Virus record (IMG/VR): IMGVR_UViG_3300038551_000101
Coordinates: 1-52,350 of that record
Reading direction: 5' to 3' (one strand)
Source of the DNA: a virus
Taxonomy: Duplodnaviria; Caudoviricetes
DNA length: 52,350 nucleotides
Shown here: piece after piece, positions 35,497-45,883 of the stretch
Numbering within the stretch: the first letter of the stretch is position 1
Layout of the letters: each line of letters begins with the position of its first letter
Translations under genes and position numbers: made by a program
Notes under the pieces: model-generated
Told to the model about the DNA's origin: nothing
What the model saw: the letters and a program-made list of their open reading frames with translations, nothing else
Database searches by the model: none

Positions 35497-35724
35497 ATGT
35501 TCGGTTTAGGTAAACGCAGATCTAAATTCGGTAAATTTTTAGATAAGAAAGGAATTTCTCAACAAGATGTAGTAAGAGAAAGTGGAGTGAACAGAGGGAC
35601 AGTCAGTAGAATTTGCCAAGGAGATGCTTTTTCTCCTTCTATGAAGAATGGACAAAAAATCATTAAAGCATTAAAAAAACTCACAGGTGAAAATATCGAT
35701 TTCGATGACTTTTGGACTATGTAA
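35497..35724 (+). CDS. XRE HTH regulator
   Basis: GISQQDVVRESGVNRGTVSRIC; divergent from the ATPase operon. Confidence 0.85.
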   Translation: MFGLGKRRSKFGKFLDKKGISQQDVVRESGVNRGTVSRICQGDAFSPSMKNGQKIIKALKKLTGENIDFDDFWTM

Positions 35725-35935
35725 AACGATAGTACCGCTATTACCAAAATAGTCATAAAAAATAGCCCTACTTTGGCAGTGGACTTGTTGATTAGCTATA
35801 AGCGCGCTATACGCTATTAGCTATATGCCGAGAACTTGAAAATATTGCACGTACATAAATATTAAATACAAAAAGAGTTGCTTCTAAAGATAAAGAACGC
35901 CTTACAGCTGGCTAATTATAGTCAGTTTTTTTGTT

Positions 35936-35953
35936 TGTCGAAGGATTGTCGAA
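35936..35953 (+). promoter_or_regulatory. Tandem Spo0A boxes
   Basis: TGTCGAA at 35936 and 35947. Confidence 0.6.
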
Positions 35954-36032
35954 CGAATACGATTGTATTTTTAACCTTGTAAGGTTAAAATGTTTGTATA
36001 AGGCGGAAAATTATAAAAAGGGAGAGATCACA

Positions 36033-36656
36033 ATGTGGTATAAGAGCTATAAAAAAGTGGATGGTATTGTTACAAAAAAAGGACCAAAACATAGTCCTAA
36101 ATTTGAATTTAATTTTGAAAAGCTCGCAGAAATTACTAATCATTATGAAGTGTTTATTGAAAAAGTAAAAGAAAATTATGAAAAAGATGGTGCAACCTTT
36201 ACAGATATTGCTGTTTTTATTGATGAACAAATCCCATACGCTGCAGAACAAAGGGAGGGGAAGGTAACAAAAATCTATGTTGTTTTTGACCATACTGCTC
36301 CTTATATTAGTTTATTTGGTTGTGATTATGAACATGAAAAATACCCTCGTATACATGAGTTATCTTATAATAAAAAATTGATTTCAATGATGGCTGATTT
36401 ATTACCAACAGAAGTAGAGTACACAAAAGAAATAGATAAATATATGACTGTACCGGAAGCGGCGGAAAAATTTAGTATCCCTGTTGAGACCGTAAAGAGT
36501 CGTTTGAAACCATCAATAACAAGCTTTAACGAACAACTAGTGCAAATGATTGAAGAAGGATTGATTAAATCTTACCTTAAAGCGGATGGCAAGCGGAAAG
36601 AGTGGATTATTAGTGAAGACGCTATGAAAAAATGGTTTTTTTCTGAAAAGGGGTGA
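36033..36656 (+). CDS. Moron protein with C-terminal HTH
   Basis: MTVPEAAEKFSIPVETVKSRL...EWIISEDAMKKWF; start MWYKSY with AAGGGAG. Confidence 0.7.
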   Translation: MWYKSYKKVDGIVTKKGPKHSPKFEFNFEKLAEITNHYEVFIEKVKENYEKDGATFTDIAVFIDEQIPYAAEQREGKVTKIYVVFDHTAPYISLFGCDYEHEKYPRIHELSYNKKLISMMADLLPTEVEYTKEIDKYMTVPEAAEKFSIPVETVKSRLKPSITSFNEQLVQMIEEGLIKSYLKADGKRKEWIISEDAMKKWFFSEKG

Positions 36657-36660
36657 AAAT

Positions 36661-36822
36661 ATGGCATTTGTAATACGTGGTGAAGGTTTTATATTAACCG
36701 ATTGCGAACCAGGAAAAGAAGAGAAAGAATTAGAGTTTGATACTTATGAGGAAGCAGAAAAAGCATTAGAACTTATACAATTCCCTATGAAAAAACCTAA
36801 TGCAAAAATAATTGAAGTTTAA
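36661..36822 (+). CDS. Hypothetical protein (53 aa)
   Basis: Not in track. MAFVIRGEGFILTDCEPGKEEKELEFDTYEEAEKALELIQF..., AGGGGTG RBS. Confidence 0.6.
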   Translation: MAFVIRGEGFILTDCEPGKEEKELEFDTYEEAEKALELIQFPMKKPNAKIIEV

Positions 36823-36889
36823 TTTTTATTGTGACGGAAATACCGCCACATTGTGTGCTAGGGTGTAAAAAGAATGGAGGTATGAGTAT

Positions 36890-37243
36890 ATGACTGAATT
36901 ACGAATCGATGAAGCAGTCTTAGATTATAAAGATTGTGCAGAAACGCAAAATGAACTATTTAACAAATTAATCCGCTTTATAGAATTAAAAGCACATCAA
37001 ACATATAAGGAGCGTATTGAGGTTATTAATGCGTGCGACTATTGCGGGTATGCATTACAAAAACCCTATGACTCCTTTGCAAGTGAAGTAAACCCTTCTG
37101 ATATATGGTATATATCCATACTAGATGAAAATGAGGAAGACTGGCTAAAAATCATGGGTGAAGATGCTGATTTTACTCAAGAACAAATACTGATTTATCG
37201 TTGTCAGGCATGTGGTAAATGGGAGATTTGTAACGACGGTTAA
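36890..37243 (+). CDS. Acidic zinc-binding moron protein
   Basis: CDYC...CQAC, GGAGG RBS. Confidence 0.65.
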   Translation: MTELRIDEAVLDYKDCAETQNELFNKLIRFIELKAHQTYKERIEVINACDYCGYALQKPYDSFASEVNPSDIWYISILDENEEDWLKIMGEDADFTQEQILIYRCQACGKWEICNDG

Positions 37244-37261
37244 ATAGAGGAATATAAAACA

Positions 37262-37292
37262 AAAGAGCCGCCCATAAGGACGGCTCTTATTT
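37262..37292. terminator. Bidirectional terminator
   Basis: AAGAGCCGCC-CATAA-GGACGGCTCTT. Confidence 0.65.
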
Positions 37293-38093
37293 TTATTTAA
37301 CTTCATAATACCAACCAAGACGTAATAACCACTCTTCACAAGCTTTCAATTGCGCATCAGAAGTAGGATCTGTGACGATATAAGCTAATCCATCCGGTTC
37401 AAGGACGAACTTACCGGTCATCTTTAACGATGTAAGAGCTCGCATAGCATCAAGCACTTCATAAGGCGAAAATGCTCCCGTTTGAATGATATTTTGTTTA
37501 GGTACCTCCGCTTGTATTTCCTTCTGTGCTGCTTCAGTAAACCAAGACAATGACTTGCTCCCAATAAGGGAATTCAGGTCACACTTACCGATACCAGGTA
37601 CATTTCCTGTTTCTGTGTATTGCCAAATGTCGCAAGGATAAGCTGGCTTTTTACCACCATAACGCGGAATCCATACAAAATCACTCTTTACATTTGCCAT
37701 ACCAAAAGGTGCATACATATGATGGCCGACATATAAACCGACTTTCTTAGCTCCTAATCGATATAACTCATCGATAAAGGCTTGTGTGCCGGCTCTCATA
37801 TCATTCATTGTTTTCACTTCTACATCGGCCACCCAAACCGTAGCGTTCTTGTCACCACGACTCCAGAAGTCTTGTGCTTCCTTCTTTGCATCAGCGATTG
37901 AAACGAAACGGCAAAATGCATAATTACCAAAAGGAATGTTATGCTGCTTCATTGCTTGTACATATCCTTTATACAATGGATCAACGTAATTTGAGCCATC
38001 TTGTACACGAGCAATTACAAAATCCAAGTACTGCTTTGCTACAGGCCAATTAATATTTCCGTTCCATTTTGAAATATCTACGATTTGTCCCAT
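37293..38093 (-). CDS. GH25 endolysin (PlyB-like)
   Basis: [25 protein letters not shown], plus C-terminal cell-wall-binding domain. Confidence 0.92.
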   Translation of the reverse strand: MGQIVDISKWNGNINWPVAKQYLDFVIARVQDGSNYVDPLYKGYVQAMKQHNIPFGNYAFCRFVSIADAKKEAQDFWSRGDKNATVWVADVEVKTMNDMRAGTQAFIDELYRLGAKKVGLYVGHHMYAPFGMANVKSDFVWIPRYGGKKPAYPCDIWQYTETGNVPGIGKCDLNSLIGSKSLSWFTEAAQKEIQAEVPKQNIIQTGAFSPYEVLDAMRALTSLKMTGKFVLEPDGLAYIVTDPTSDAQLKACEEWLLRLGWYYEVK

Positions 38094-38305
38094 TATTGAT
38101 CCGCTCCTTTTTTATCTTGATCTGCAAACCATTTACCAGCAGCCGGATTAGAAATTACACCTGCAGCAATTAAAATAAACAGGATAATATCTACATACTC
38201 CTGATACCTCCCTAAATTAAAATTAGGAATGGTATCCATAAGGACCATTCCTAATAGTGCAAACAACGCCACCCATAATCCGCGATTTTTTAATTTCTCT
38301 TTCAT
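38093..38305 (-). CDS. Holin
   Basis: 70 aa, 2 TM, GVISNP, upstream of the lysin. Confidence 0.8.
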   Translation of the reverse strand: MKEKLKNRGLWVALFALLGMVLMDTIPNFNLGRYQEYVDIILFILIAAGVISNPAAGKWFADQDKKGADQ

Positions 38306-38322
38306 AATTAATTCATCTCCTT

Positions 38323-38586
38323 TTATTTAAGTAACGCTACCCCGACAGCTACTACTGCAACGACAACAGAAGCCCAACTTGCTGCAAGTGCTTTATTATT
38401 ACGTTTATCTTCTTTCATTTCCTTAATATCTTCATCACGGCTACGAAACATTTCGGCGACTTCAATCCGTGTAGGGAAATTTTGCGAAAATACGCCTATT
38501 TGCGCTTTTAATTCAACGACTAATTGTGTGAGGTTTTCTAGTTGAGCTTCTACTTTTGCTAGTCGTTCGTAGTCTTTTTGATCCAT
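38323..38586 (-). CDS. XhlA-like lysis accessory protein
   Basis: Coiled coil plus C-terminal TM. Confidence 0.6.
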   Translation of the reverse strand: MDQKDYERLAKVEAQLENLTQLVVELKAQIGVFSQNFPTRIEVAEMFRSRDEDIKEMKEDKRNNKALAASWASVVVAVVAVGVALLK

Positions 38587-38656
38587 TTTTCTCACCTCAT
38601 CCCAAAATAAAAAAGCCCACTATTGTGCGCTAACATTTAGCAAAATATATTTTCGA

Positions 38657-39718
38657 TCACCAATATGATCCATATGTTGCTTCATCACCTTTTAAAGAAT
38701 CAAATATACCTGGAGTAGTTGAATAATCCTTCACCTGATACGCAATTTGATTTGTCTTTCTATCAAATACGGTATAAACTTTTGTTGTCATACCGCCACC
38801 GCCTGTTTCTTCTCCAATTGTATACATATAATCATCATCTAATTTAACTAACCCTCTTATTCCATTCGTTACTTTTTGTGATACAATTGTCATTTCCTTA
38901 TTTACTTCTACAATAGTATTTGTTTCCTTTGCGAAATACGTTGCATCTCTTCTTATCCCTAAAAACTTCATGTTATCTAAAGAAGCATTTTGAATTATTT
39001 TCAATAATTTTTGATTAACATAATCTATATACACTCTTGTAAAACTAGTACCTGATGCACTCCTAAGTAATACATCTCCATTCTGGTACATTCCCATTAC
39101 AACGCTACTACTAAGACTAAAATCGTTATGAGATATTACAAATATCAATTCGAGATTCTTGTTATATACTCTGAATTGTTTGCGGTTTTCATCTACTATA
39201 AAGATAATTCCTTTTCTACCGTTTATCCACATTCTATTACTAGAATTTGCGTATCCACCTACAATACCTGATACCGACTTTTTAAATACGCCTTTTTTAT
39301 CATATAGTGTCATTGTATTTCGGGCATAATTTGCAATTAAAACATCCCCATTTATAAATGTCCCAAAATCCATTTCGCCCACTTGAGCAGGAGATGTATT
39401 CGGTTTAATAAGGCTTTCTGAAACGATTGTAATCTGTTGCATTTTCTTCATATCTATCAAATATAACTCTACTGTTTGAATCCCTGACATAAACAATCTA
39501 AAAACCCCTAAATTCTGTGGTGGACATACCGACATCGTTATCGTATGTGGAATAACAGTTCTACCCTCGTATATTTTTTGCAAACCCTTATCAACCAAAA
39601 CATTACCAGGTATGAGTAATCTCAAATCCCACATTCTAAAAGCACTAGAGCCTACCCCATGCGGATAAAGTCTATCAGATAATTGCCGATGATTAAAATG
39701 ATGTTCTAAATATGGCAT
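38657..39718 (-). CDS. Putative receptor-binding/tail accessory protein (beta-propeller-like)
   Basis: 353 aa, beta-rich repeats, coupled to the second fibre gene. Confidence 0.5.
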   Translation of the reverse strand: MPYLEHHFNHRQLSDRLYPHGVGSSAFRMWDLRLLIPGNVLVDKGLQKIYEGRTVIPHTITMSVCPPQNLGVFRLFMSGIQTVELYLIDMKKMQQITIVSESLIKPNTSPAQVGEMDFGTFINGDVLIANYARNTMTLYDKKGVFKKSVSGIVGGYANSSNRMWINGRKGIIFIVDENRKQFRVYNKNLELIFVISHNDFSLSSSVVMGMYQNGDVLLRSASGTSFTRVYIDYVNQKLLKIIQNASLDNMKFLGIRRDATYFAKETNTIVEVNKEMTIVSQKVTNGIRGLVKLDDDYMYTIGEETGGGGMTTKVYTVFDRKTNQIAYQVKDYSTTPGIFDSLKGDEATYGSYW

Positions 39719-40419
39719 TACTGAAGCACCTCGCTTACAACATCACCATCAGCATCATAGGTCGGTTTAGATACCTGCGTTTCAATTACAGTAGTACCAT
39801 TATCTGCATAAGTAGTAATGGTTTGCGTTAAATAGTTACCATTCGCATTCGGATCAGAAAGAACGGATTTTCTTCTAAGAATACCGCCTTTTGTTTTCCA
39901 CTCAACAATTTTGTATATACCATTTTCATCTTTAGATGATTTATATATACTAAGAGATTCCAAATGTTTCTCAATTTTTAAATTGAGTTGTTCTTGAGTG
40001 GTTTGTTTATTTTTCAATTCAGTTATGGCAGTATCAGCAGTTTTTACCTTTGTTCCAACCTCTTGCAGAACCCTTTCTACATTGTCACCTGTAAAATAAT
40101 TATCTTCATCAATTACTTTCACATTTATAGCATCACGATGAGGTGATTGATTTGTTTTAAGGATTTCATTAATTTCATTGATGGCGCCAACTAATGTAAT
40201 TTTTTCTTTTGTTGTTAATTGAGATAAATCCCCTAACGACTTGCTTCCTATTGCATTCTCCTGCAATTCTTTTAAGGCTTCATATGTTCTGTTGAAAAAC
40301 CAATCAAAATAACTAGCTGGTGGTCTTTGAGCAATTTTAAATCCAGTATCCCTCAAGGGTTGAGGTGGTTCGATTCCTCTGCTCTTCCATTCAGGTAATG
40401 ATTTAATAAAATCAGGCAT
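39718..40419 (-). CDS. Short tail fibre-like protein
   Basis: N-terminus paralogous to 40892..43588; LTTKEKITLVGAINE fibre motif. Confidence 0.7.
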   Translation of the reverse strand: MPDFIKSLPEWKSRGIEPPQPLRDTGFKIAQRPPASYFDWFFNRTYEALKELQENAIGSKSLGDLSQLTTKEKITLVGAINEINEILKTNQSPHRDAINVKVIDEDNYFTGDNVERVLQEVGTKVKTADTAITELKNKQTTQEQLNLKIEKHLESLSIYKSSKDENGIYKIVEWKTKGGILRRKSVLSDPNANGNYLTQTITTYADNGTTVIETQVSKPTYDADGDVVSEVLQ

Positions 40420-40490
40420 GTACAAGCCTCCCTTTACTTTATAAAACAAAGAGAGATCTACACCCCTCTTTGTTTTATACGCTATTTAAA

Positions 40491-40643
40491 TTATTCCGTA
40501 ACAACAGGCGGTACGTATGGAGATCCTGTGATTTGTTCATATTGCTCTGGTGTGATTTTTTTCATCTTCACAAAAATACCTACATCATCCTTAGAATAAA
40601 ATTCAGGGTAATACATTCTAGCAATTTTATAAAAGTCCAACAT
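40491..40643 (-). CDS. xkdX: XkdX-family protein (50 aa)
   Basis: Not in track. MLDFYKIARMYY...FVKMKKITPEQYEQITGSPY. Confidence 0.85.
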   Translation of the reverse strand: MLDFYKIARMYYPEFYSKDDVGIFVKMKKITPEQYEQITGSPYVPPVVTE

Positions 40644-40645
40644 AA

Positions 40646-40888
40646 TTAAAGCACTCCTTTTACAGTTAAATTTAAGATTAATAATGCTTGCTGTTCTGAC
40701 GTTAAATTCATTTCTTCCTCTTTTTTCATAAGCTCCAGGACTAATGCTGCATTCTGTGCTTGTAATTCACGAACTAATGAGCCTTTTTTATACTCATCAA
40801 CTTTTTGATTAAAATTTTCAATATTAATTACACCTGCATTCGCAAAATATTGAACGACTTCATCGATGTTACTTTCCATCTTTTTCAC
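40646..40888 (-). CDS. Tail fibre chaperone-like protein (XkdW position)
   Basis: 80 aa, between fibre and xkdX. Confidence 0.55.
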   Translation of the reverse strand: MKKMESNIDEVVQYFANAGVINIENFNQKVDEYKKGSLVRELQAQNAALVLELMKKEEEMNLTSEQQALLILNLTVKGVL

Positions 40889-40891
40889 TCC

Positions 40892-43588
40892 TTAGTGCCC
40901 GCCAGCTTTTAAGCGCGCTAAAATATCCACTAGCAATGCTGAGTGGATTGTAATCATCGTTGAATTATCTGCTTGTTTTACAGTTAATTCATCGGTTGTA
41001 GCCCTTATAGACTGATTAAATGTCGCTTTTACATCGAATGTGTTTGTAGTAAACAGGTGTTTATCTTGGACTAAGTATGTGACTGTGTATTCGGCTGTTG
41101 GGTCGAAATTGTTTTTCGATTGATAAGCAAAATACGTACCGTACGCAAATGTGTCTTTCGCTATTTTCCAGTTCTGTGTATCAATAACACCGTTTTTATA
41201 GATATTAATGATTAATAAATTTTTCGATTTAAATATTGTTTCGCTATCACGCGTATCGTTCAAATGATAATTAAATCCTGTAGCATTTAGTTTTGATTTT
41301 ACCTTTTCTCTAACTATCACACCACTATCGACACTCACCTGCGTCATACCACTTACAGCAAGATCCCCTTCAACTATTACAGCTTCAACTCGTGGAGTAG
41401 CAAGCTGATACGTTAACTTATATGGGGTGTAATTAGGTGCTCTATTCGCTTTTACATAAGCAAGTGTTTGTGTTGGTGCATCCTTGTCATCAACTACAGA
41501 TTTCCACGCGATAGGCTTCCCATTTGCATCTGCGGTTTTTACTTTCCAGCCGTTGAAGTATGCGCGAATTTCGTCTCCATTCGGATTAAAATTATCTGAA
41601 AAACCTGTGTCTGTGTTCGATGCAGAAATCTTCAAATTAACCGTATCGTCATCCCATACATCAGGAGCTAAACTAGTGTTTCCTAAAGTCAAAACTGCAT
41701 TATTGTATTTTAAAACTATCCCTTTTCTATTTGGTATCAACGATTGTCTACACGCAAATCTTTTAAACCCTGCGTACGCTTGAATGAAATTCCATTCTTT
41801 GTCAGAAAGTTGTTCATCCCCCCACTTACGCAGTAATTTCCACTGTCCGTCATCTTGGTACAACACATCGTTTATACCGTTTTGTCCCGCTAATACAGTA
41901 TTTGTGTATAAGTAAGATGGATTGCGTGGTGTAAATGGTTTTGGTTTGTCACCTAAAACTAGCATCGGTTGCTCAATATAGAATGTACCCGCACCAGCAG
42001 CGTTATTTCCAAACCAAAAAATAAACATTTTTGCGTTTTCAGGTACTGTGAATTTGAAGGTGTTCATTCCGGTTTTAATATCATACCTTGATATCTCTTT
42101 CCCTGAAGCGTCTGCTGTTCTTATAGAAAACCATCCTTTAAGATCTAAGCAACTAAATGCATATGTCTGTCCACCAACACAAGGTGTATTTAGATTCAAG
42201 TTAAAGTCCGCAAAATTAGAAGTTGCTTTTACGATTGCTTTATAAGAAGATTCTACTTCAAAAGAACCTATGCTAGTTGTTGAAGTGGTGGCATTACTTA
42301 ACGGTGGTATCAAATTCCCACCTTCCACAGTCACCAAAGGGTTTAAATGTTGCACACCCTGTACATACGGAAACTTATCCAGTAACTTCTGACCGCTGTA
42401 CTCTGAATCTACATTTATTTTGTTGTATGTCGCTTGATCTACTTCATATAAAGCGTCCTCTAGCAATGGTAACGATGTATTTACTTCTAGCTCCAGTTCT
42501 ACGTAGTCTGTGTTGATTACAGATACTACCGTTCCGTTGGATGGTTCTGCGTATGCTAGAAAGTTAATAAAGCCATCCGATTGAATCATACTTGAAATAC
42601 CAGGAGAATCCGTACGTGTAACAGATAATTTAGCTACTAAATTATTACTTCCTGTAACATTGCTAAGTCCAGTACTCCATTGAGTTCCATTCCATCCAAT
42701 TAATGTCGCTTTGCTTCCTGTAGGTCCGCTTCCAAATCCCGACCAATTACAAATAAGTTTTGTAATAACCTGTTTCGCCATCGCAATTTTATCAGCAAGA
42801 GCTGTTTTCCCTTGCCAAATTTGAGGCCCGAATTTATCTTCTAATGTACGGATGATGTTGAATGAGTATAATTGTTGAGCTATGACTCCACTCACAGGAT
42901 TGGATGCTGAAACTCTTAGGTTCCCATCTAATGAGCTTGTTCTATCATAGTTAGCTTGAACATTTTCATCCCAACTTTCTGTTGGTCGCTGTAGCGCATT
43001 AGAAACCGCATTTCCTTTTGCTATATTCCCATTATCAACAACACTTCCAGCAACTTTCCCCCGAAAATCCTGCTTAATCGAATAAGATACCGTTGCTTGC
43101 CCTGTAAATTTCGTAACTCCCTCGTACGTATTGCCACCATATGAAATTTTTGTAGTTCCTTTTTGCGGAATAAACACATAATATTTCGTATTATCTAAGT
43201 TGGTTTGCCCTAATAAGTTTACGAGTGTACGCCCTTGAATTTCTATATTTAATGGTGATGCTACTGGTGCATTTATGACATTTAAACCATGCTGCAACAC
43301 TTGGGATTTCCTTTCACTAACTAATTGTTGTTTATGAATTTCTCTTACAAGACTACCTGCCGATTCGCGAGCAACCCCATCAGCTCCTAGTCGTAGATCT
43401 TCTAAGTCACTAGCATGCACAGCTTTCTCTTGTAATTCTTTTAACGCCTTATATGTTTTATTGTGTAAATAATTCATATAATCAGCGGGTGGACGTTCAT
43501 CAACTTTCCATCCATTTGCTACTTTAGAAGCTGTAGGCTCTATCCCTGGTGAATTCCACACTGGTAACGTTTCTTTAAAGTTCACCAA
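40892..43588 (-). CDS. Long tail fibre / receptor-binding protein
   Basis: 898 aa after baseplate genes; IQGRTLVNLLG, YQLATP motifs. Confidence 0.8.
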   Translation of the reverse strand: MVNFKETLPVWNSPGIEPTASKVANGWKVDERPPADYMNYLHNKTYKALKELQEKAVHASDLEDLRLGADGVARESAGSLVREIHKQQLVSERKSQVLQHGLNVINAPVASPLNIEIQGRTLVNLLGQTNLDNTKYYVFIPQKGTTKISYGGNTYEGVTKFTGQATVSYSIKQDFRGKVAGSVVDNGNIAKGNAVSNALQRPTESWDENVQANYDRTSSLDGNLRVSASNPVSGVIAQQLYSFNIIRTLEDKFGPQIWQGKTALADKIAMAKQVITKLICNWSGFGSGPTGSKATLIGWNGTQWSTGLSNVTGSNNLVAKLSVTRTDSPGISSMIQSDGFINFLAYAEPSNGTVVSVINTDYVELELEVNTSLPLLEDALYEVDQATYNKINVDSEYSGQKLLDKFPYVQGVQHLNPLVTVEGGNLIPPLSNATTSTTSIGSFEVESSYKAIVKATSNFADFNLNLNTPCVGGQTYAFSCLDLKGWFSIRTADASGKEISRYDIKTGMNTFKFTVPENAKMFIFWFGNNAAGAGTFYIEQPMLVLGDKPKPFTPRNPSYLYTNTVLAGQNGINDVLYQDDGQWKLLRKWGDEQLSDKEWNFIQAYAGFKRFACRQSLIPNRKGIVLKYNNAVLTLGNTSLAPDVWDDDTVNLKISASNTDTGFSDNFNPNGDEIRAYFNGWKVKTADANGKPIAWKSVVDDKDAPTQTLAYVKANRAPNYTPYKLTYQLATPRVEAVIVEGDLAVSGMTQVSVDSGVIVREKVKSKLNATGFNYHLNDTRDSETIFKSKNLLIINIYKNGVIDTQNWKIAKDTFAYGTYFAYQSKNNFDPTAEYTVTYLVQDKHLFTTNTFDVKATFNQSIRATTDELTVKQADNSTMITIHSALLVDILARLKAGGH

Positions 43589-43602
43589 AAATCATTCCTC
43601 CT

Positions 43603-44343
43603 TTACCACGCTTTTAAAACCGAATCGGTCCCATCATTAAATCCATTCACTTTGAAATATCCACCAAATTTCCCTCCCTTATCAATTTCTACTTTAGCTA
43701 GTCCCTTTTGATCATCGAAATTTTCTTCTATTCCACCTAACCGAAAATCACCTGCATAATAAAACTCATTAGATGCAAAGTCACTGAACCCATGTTCTTC
43801 GTCTTCCTGTATTTTGTCAGGGAAATCAGAAAACATAAACGAACCCCTATAATATAAATCAGCAGGTATACCACCAGTCAGTAAATCGTTGACTACATAA
43901 CCGAATTCTTCAAATGGAATACCAATGGCTTCTACATAATCTACATCTATTTCAATGTGAAGCCCTACAGGATCATTATCTTTAATCCACTTTTCTTGAA
44001 TCTTAACAAACTTTTTTTCTAACCCAAGAATGAGGGACACGAACCGTAAAATAGAAGGAATAGATCCATCAGAATTATTTCGGATAATACGCGATTTTAT
44101 TAAAAATCGATATGCCGCATCATCAAAACCAATTCTGTCCTGCCCAATGTTTCGCCCAATATAATCAAGCGTTACCCCTTCTGCTTGGTCAATATCTCTC
44201 CAGTCATGTATTCTGTTTAATAATTCTTCATTTTCCTGGATATGATGAGCAGCAAGCTTCATCATTTTCGATATATTACTATTCTCGTTACGGTTATAGT
44301 TATCGGTGATTCTTTTTATCATTTTTGTGTAAATGCTAGACAA
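43603..44343 (-). CDS. Baseplate wedge protein (DUF2612-like)
   Basis: IDQAEGVTLDYIG...YRFLIK. Confidence 0.75.
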   Translation of the reverse strand: MSSIYTKMIKRITDNYNRNENSNISKMMKLAAHHIQENEELLNRIHDWRDIDQAEGVTLDYIGRNIGQDRIGFDDAAYRFLIKSRIIRNNSDGSIPSILRFVSLILGLEKKFVKIQEKWIKDNDPVGLHIEIDVDYVEAIGIPFEEFGYVVNDLLTGGIPADLYYRGSFMFSDFPDKIQEDEEHGFSDFASNEFYYAGDFRLGGIEENFDDQKGLAKVEIDKGGKFGGYFKVNGFNDGTDSVLKAW

Positions 44344-45523
44344 TGTTCACCACAACCTTACTAGAATCTATATTCGGAACATTTAAAGAACCAATTGAAA
44401 GATTAGAAGTTGTCCATGTTTTTCCATTATCTTTTGAAAGCTCAAGAGTACAATCTTTTATTCCAGGTACATTACTGTAAATGTTCGCCAGTATTTTCCC
44501 TGTTACAATGGTATCTCCCATACCTAGCCCGATATAATCAACACCACTCTCATCGATACCACCTATATACTTAACGATTTCCGTAATAATAAACTTGCGC
44601 CCCATTGCCCCAGCAGGAAATTCACCATCACGGTAAACCGTAACACGCGCAGAAATCGATTGTTCAGTTGCCTTACTAAATCCAATAATATGTTCATTTC
44701 CACCTTCATCGAACACTTTCAATTGCTTTTTACCGTAAGCACGGATTCCACCTGGTTTTGATTCAAGAATTGCTTTTGCAATGGCTTCATCTTCTCCACC
44801 ATATACGACTGTTTCAAAACTATGTGGTGGCCGTCCGTCTACATCAGGTACATCATCCGTATTATTAAATACTACCGCTGTACGAACACCTGGCACTTCT
44901 AATACACGCATTCGTATGCCCGATGGAGTCGATGACTTTGTAGAAAAGGAATTTGCATATCTTCTACGTAACTCCGTATCAGTCTCTCCTTCTCTCCCGT
45001 CTTTTGTTCGTTCAAGATTTGTAACGCTAATGATACCAACCGCGGGCGTAATAATTTCTGTAATCGTGTTAGGCTGCACATTACCATTAAGACCAGCTAT
45101 ACTTGCTTTAATCGGTACATTTACAATCCCATCTGAATCATCGTCATAACCAATGGCAGTAGTAACAAATTCTATCCCTGTTTTCGTGCCAATAATGGTC
45201 CCTAACTTCACTGTTGTTCCAGCATCCACTTTAAATCTAGCCATACCCACCGAAAACTTCGGTCGTTCCCGATCCATACCACGATTTTTTGCTACATAAT
45301 CTAAGCTGACTCCTTCAGCAGTGAAATAAAACGCACTATAATATATCTGCTCTGCCTGCTCATTTTCTTCCGCTCGCGCAAAAGCGATATTTTGAATGAA
45401 CATTCCTAAAGGACCACGCTCTGACAGGTTCACATCATTCCCCCATAATTTCCGGGCTTGTTCTTCCATTTCTTTAATAAAGTCGGCGTACCGTTTACGC
45501 TTAAATCCTTCTGCGGTTAACAT
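44336..45523 (-). CDS. Baseplate J/gp47 protein
   Basis: AEGVSLD, GREGETDTELRRR, PPHSFE. Confidence 0.92.
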   Translation of the reverse strand: MLTAEGFKRKRYADFIKEMEEQARKLWGNDVNLSERGPLGMFIQNIAFARAEENEQAEQIYYSAFYFTAEGVSLDYVAKNRGMDRERPKFSVGMARFKVDAGTTVKLGTIIGTKTGIEFVTTAIGYDDDSDGIVNVPIKASIAGLNGNVQPNTITEIITPAVGIISVTNLERTKDGREGETDTELRRRYANSFSTKSSTPSGIRMRVLEVPGVRTAVVFNNTDDVPDVDGRPPHSFETVVYGGEDEAIAKAILESKPGGIRAYGKKQLKVFDEGGNEHIIGFSKATEQSISARVTVYRDGEFPAGAMGRKFIITEIVKYIGGIDESGVDYIGLGMGDTIVTGKILANIYSNVPGIKDCTLELSKDNGKTWTTSNLSIGSLNVPNIDSSKVVVNIV

Positions 45524-45526
45524 GCA

Positions 45527-45883
45527 TTACACCCTCCCTTCCACTGTTTCTCCTGTTCCTTTTTTCGTGAACTTGAAATCAACCGCAAGTTTACGCGTTG
45601 TTTTTTCGTAATCGAACGTAATATCTTGTATATTTTCTACTCGATCATCTTGTAAAGCTGCTTCAAATAGTGCATTCGTTACAAGTGTTTCATCATACTG
45701 CTTCGCTTGTACTGTAGTACGATCAAATCCGTGACCAGGATTTAAAAACCATGAACCCTTTGCTGTTTTAAATGTTTCTGAAACAGCCTGTACAAGCTCA
45801 TCATCACCATGAACCATTTTGAAAGAGTTCTGCCCATCCAACTCTAAATCATTATTAGCAGGGTTAATGTATAAGTTTTTCAA
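45527..45883 (-). CDS. Baseplate W/gp46-like protein (DUF2634)
   Basis: KGSWFLNPGHG...DDRV. Confidence 0.8.
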   Translation of the reverse strand: MKNLYINPANNDLELDGQNSFKMVHGDDELVQAVSETFKTAKGSWFLNPGHGFDRTTVQAKQYDETLVTNALFEAALQDDRVENIQDITFDYEKTTRKLAVDFKFTKKGTGETVEGRV

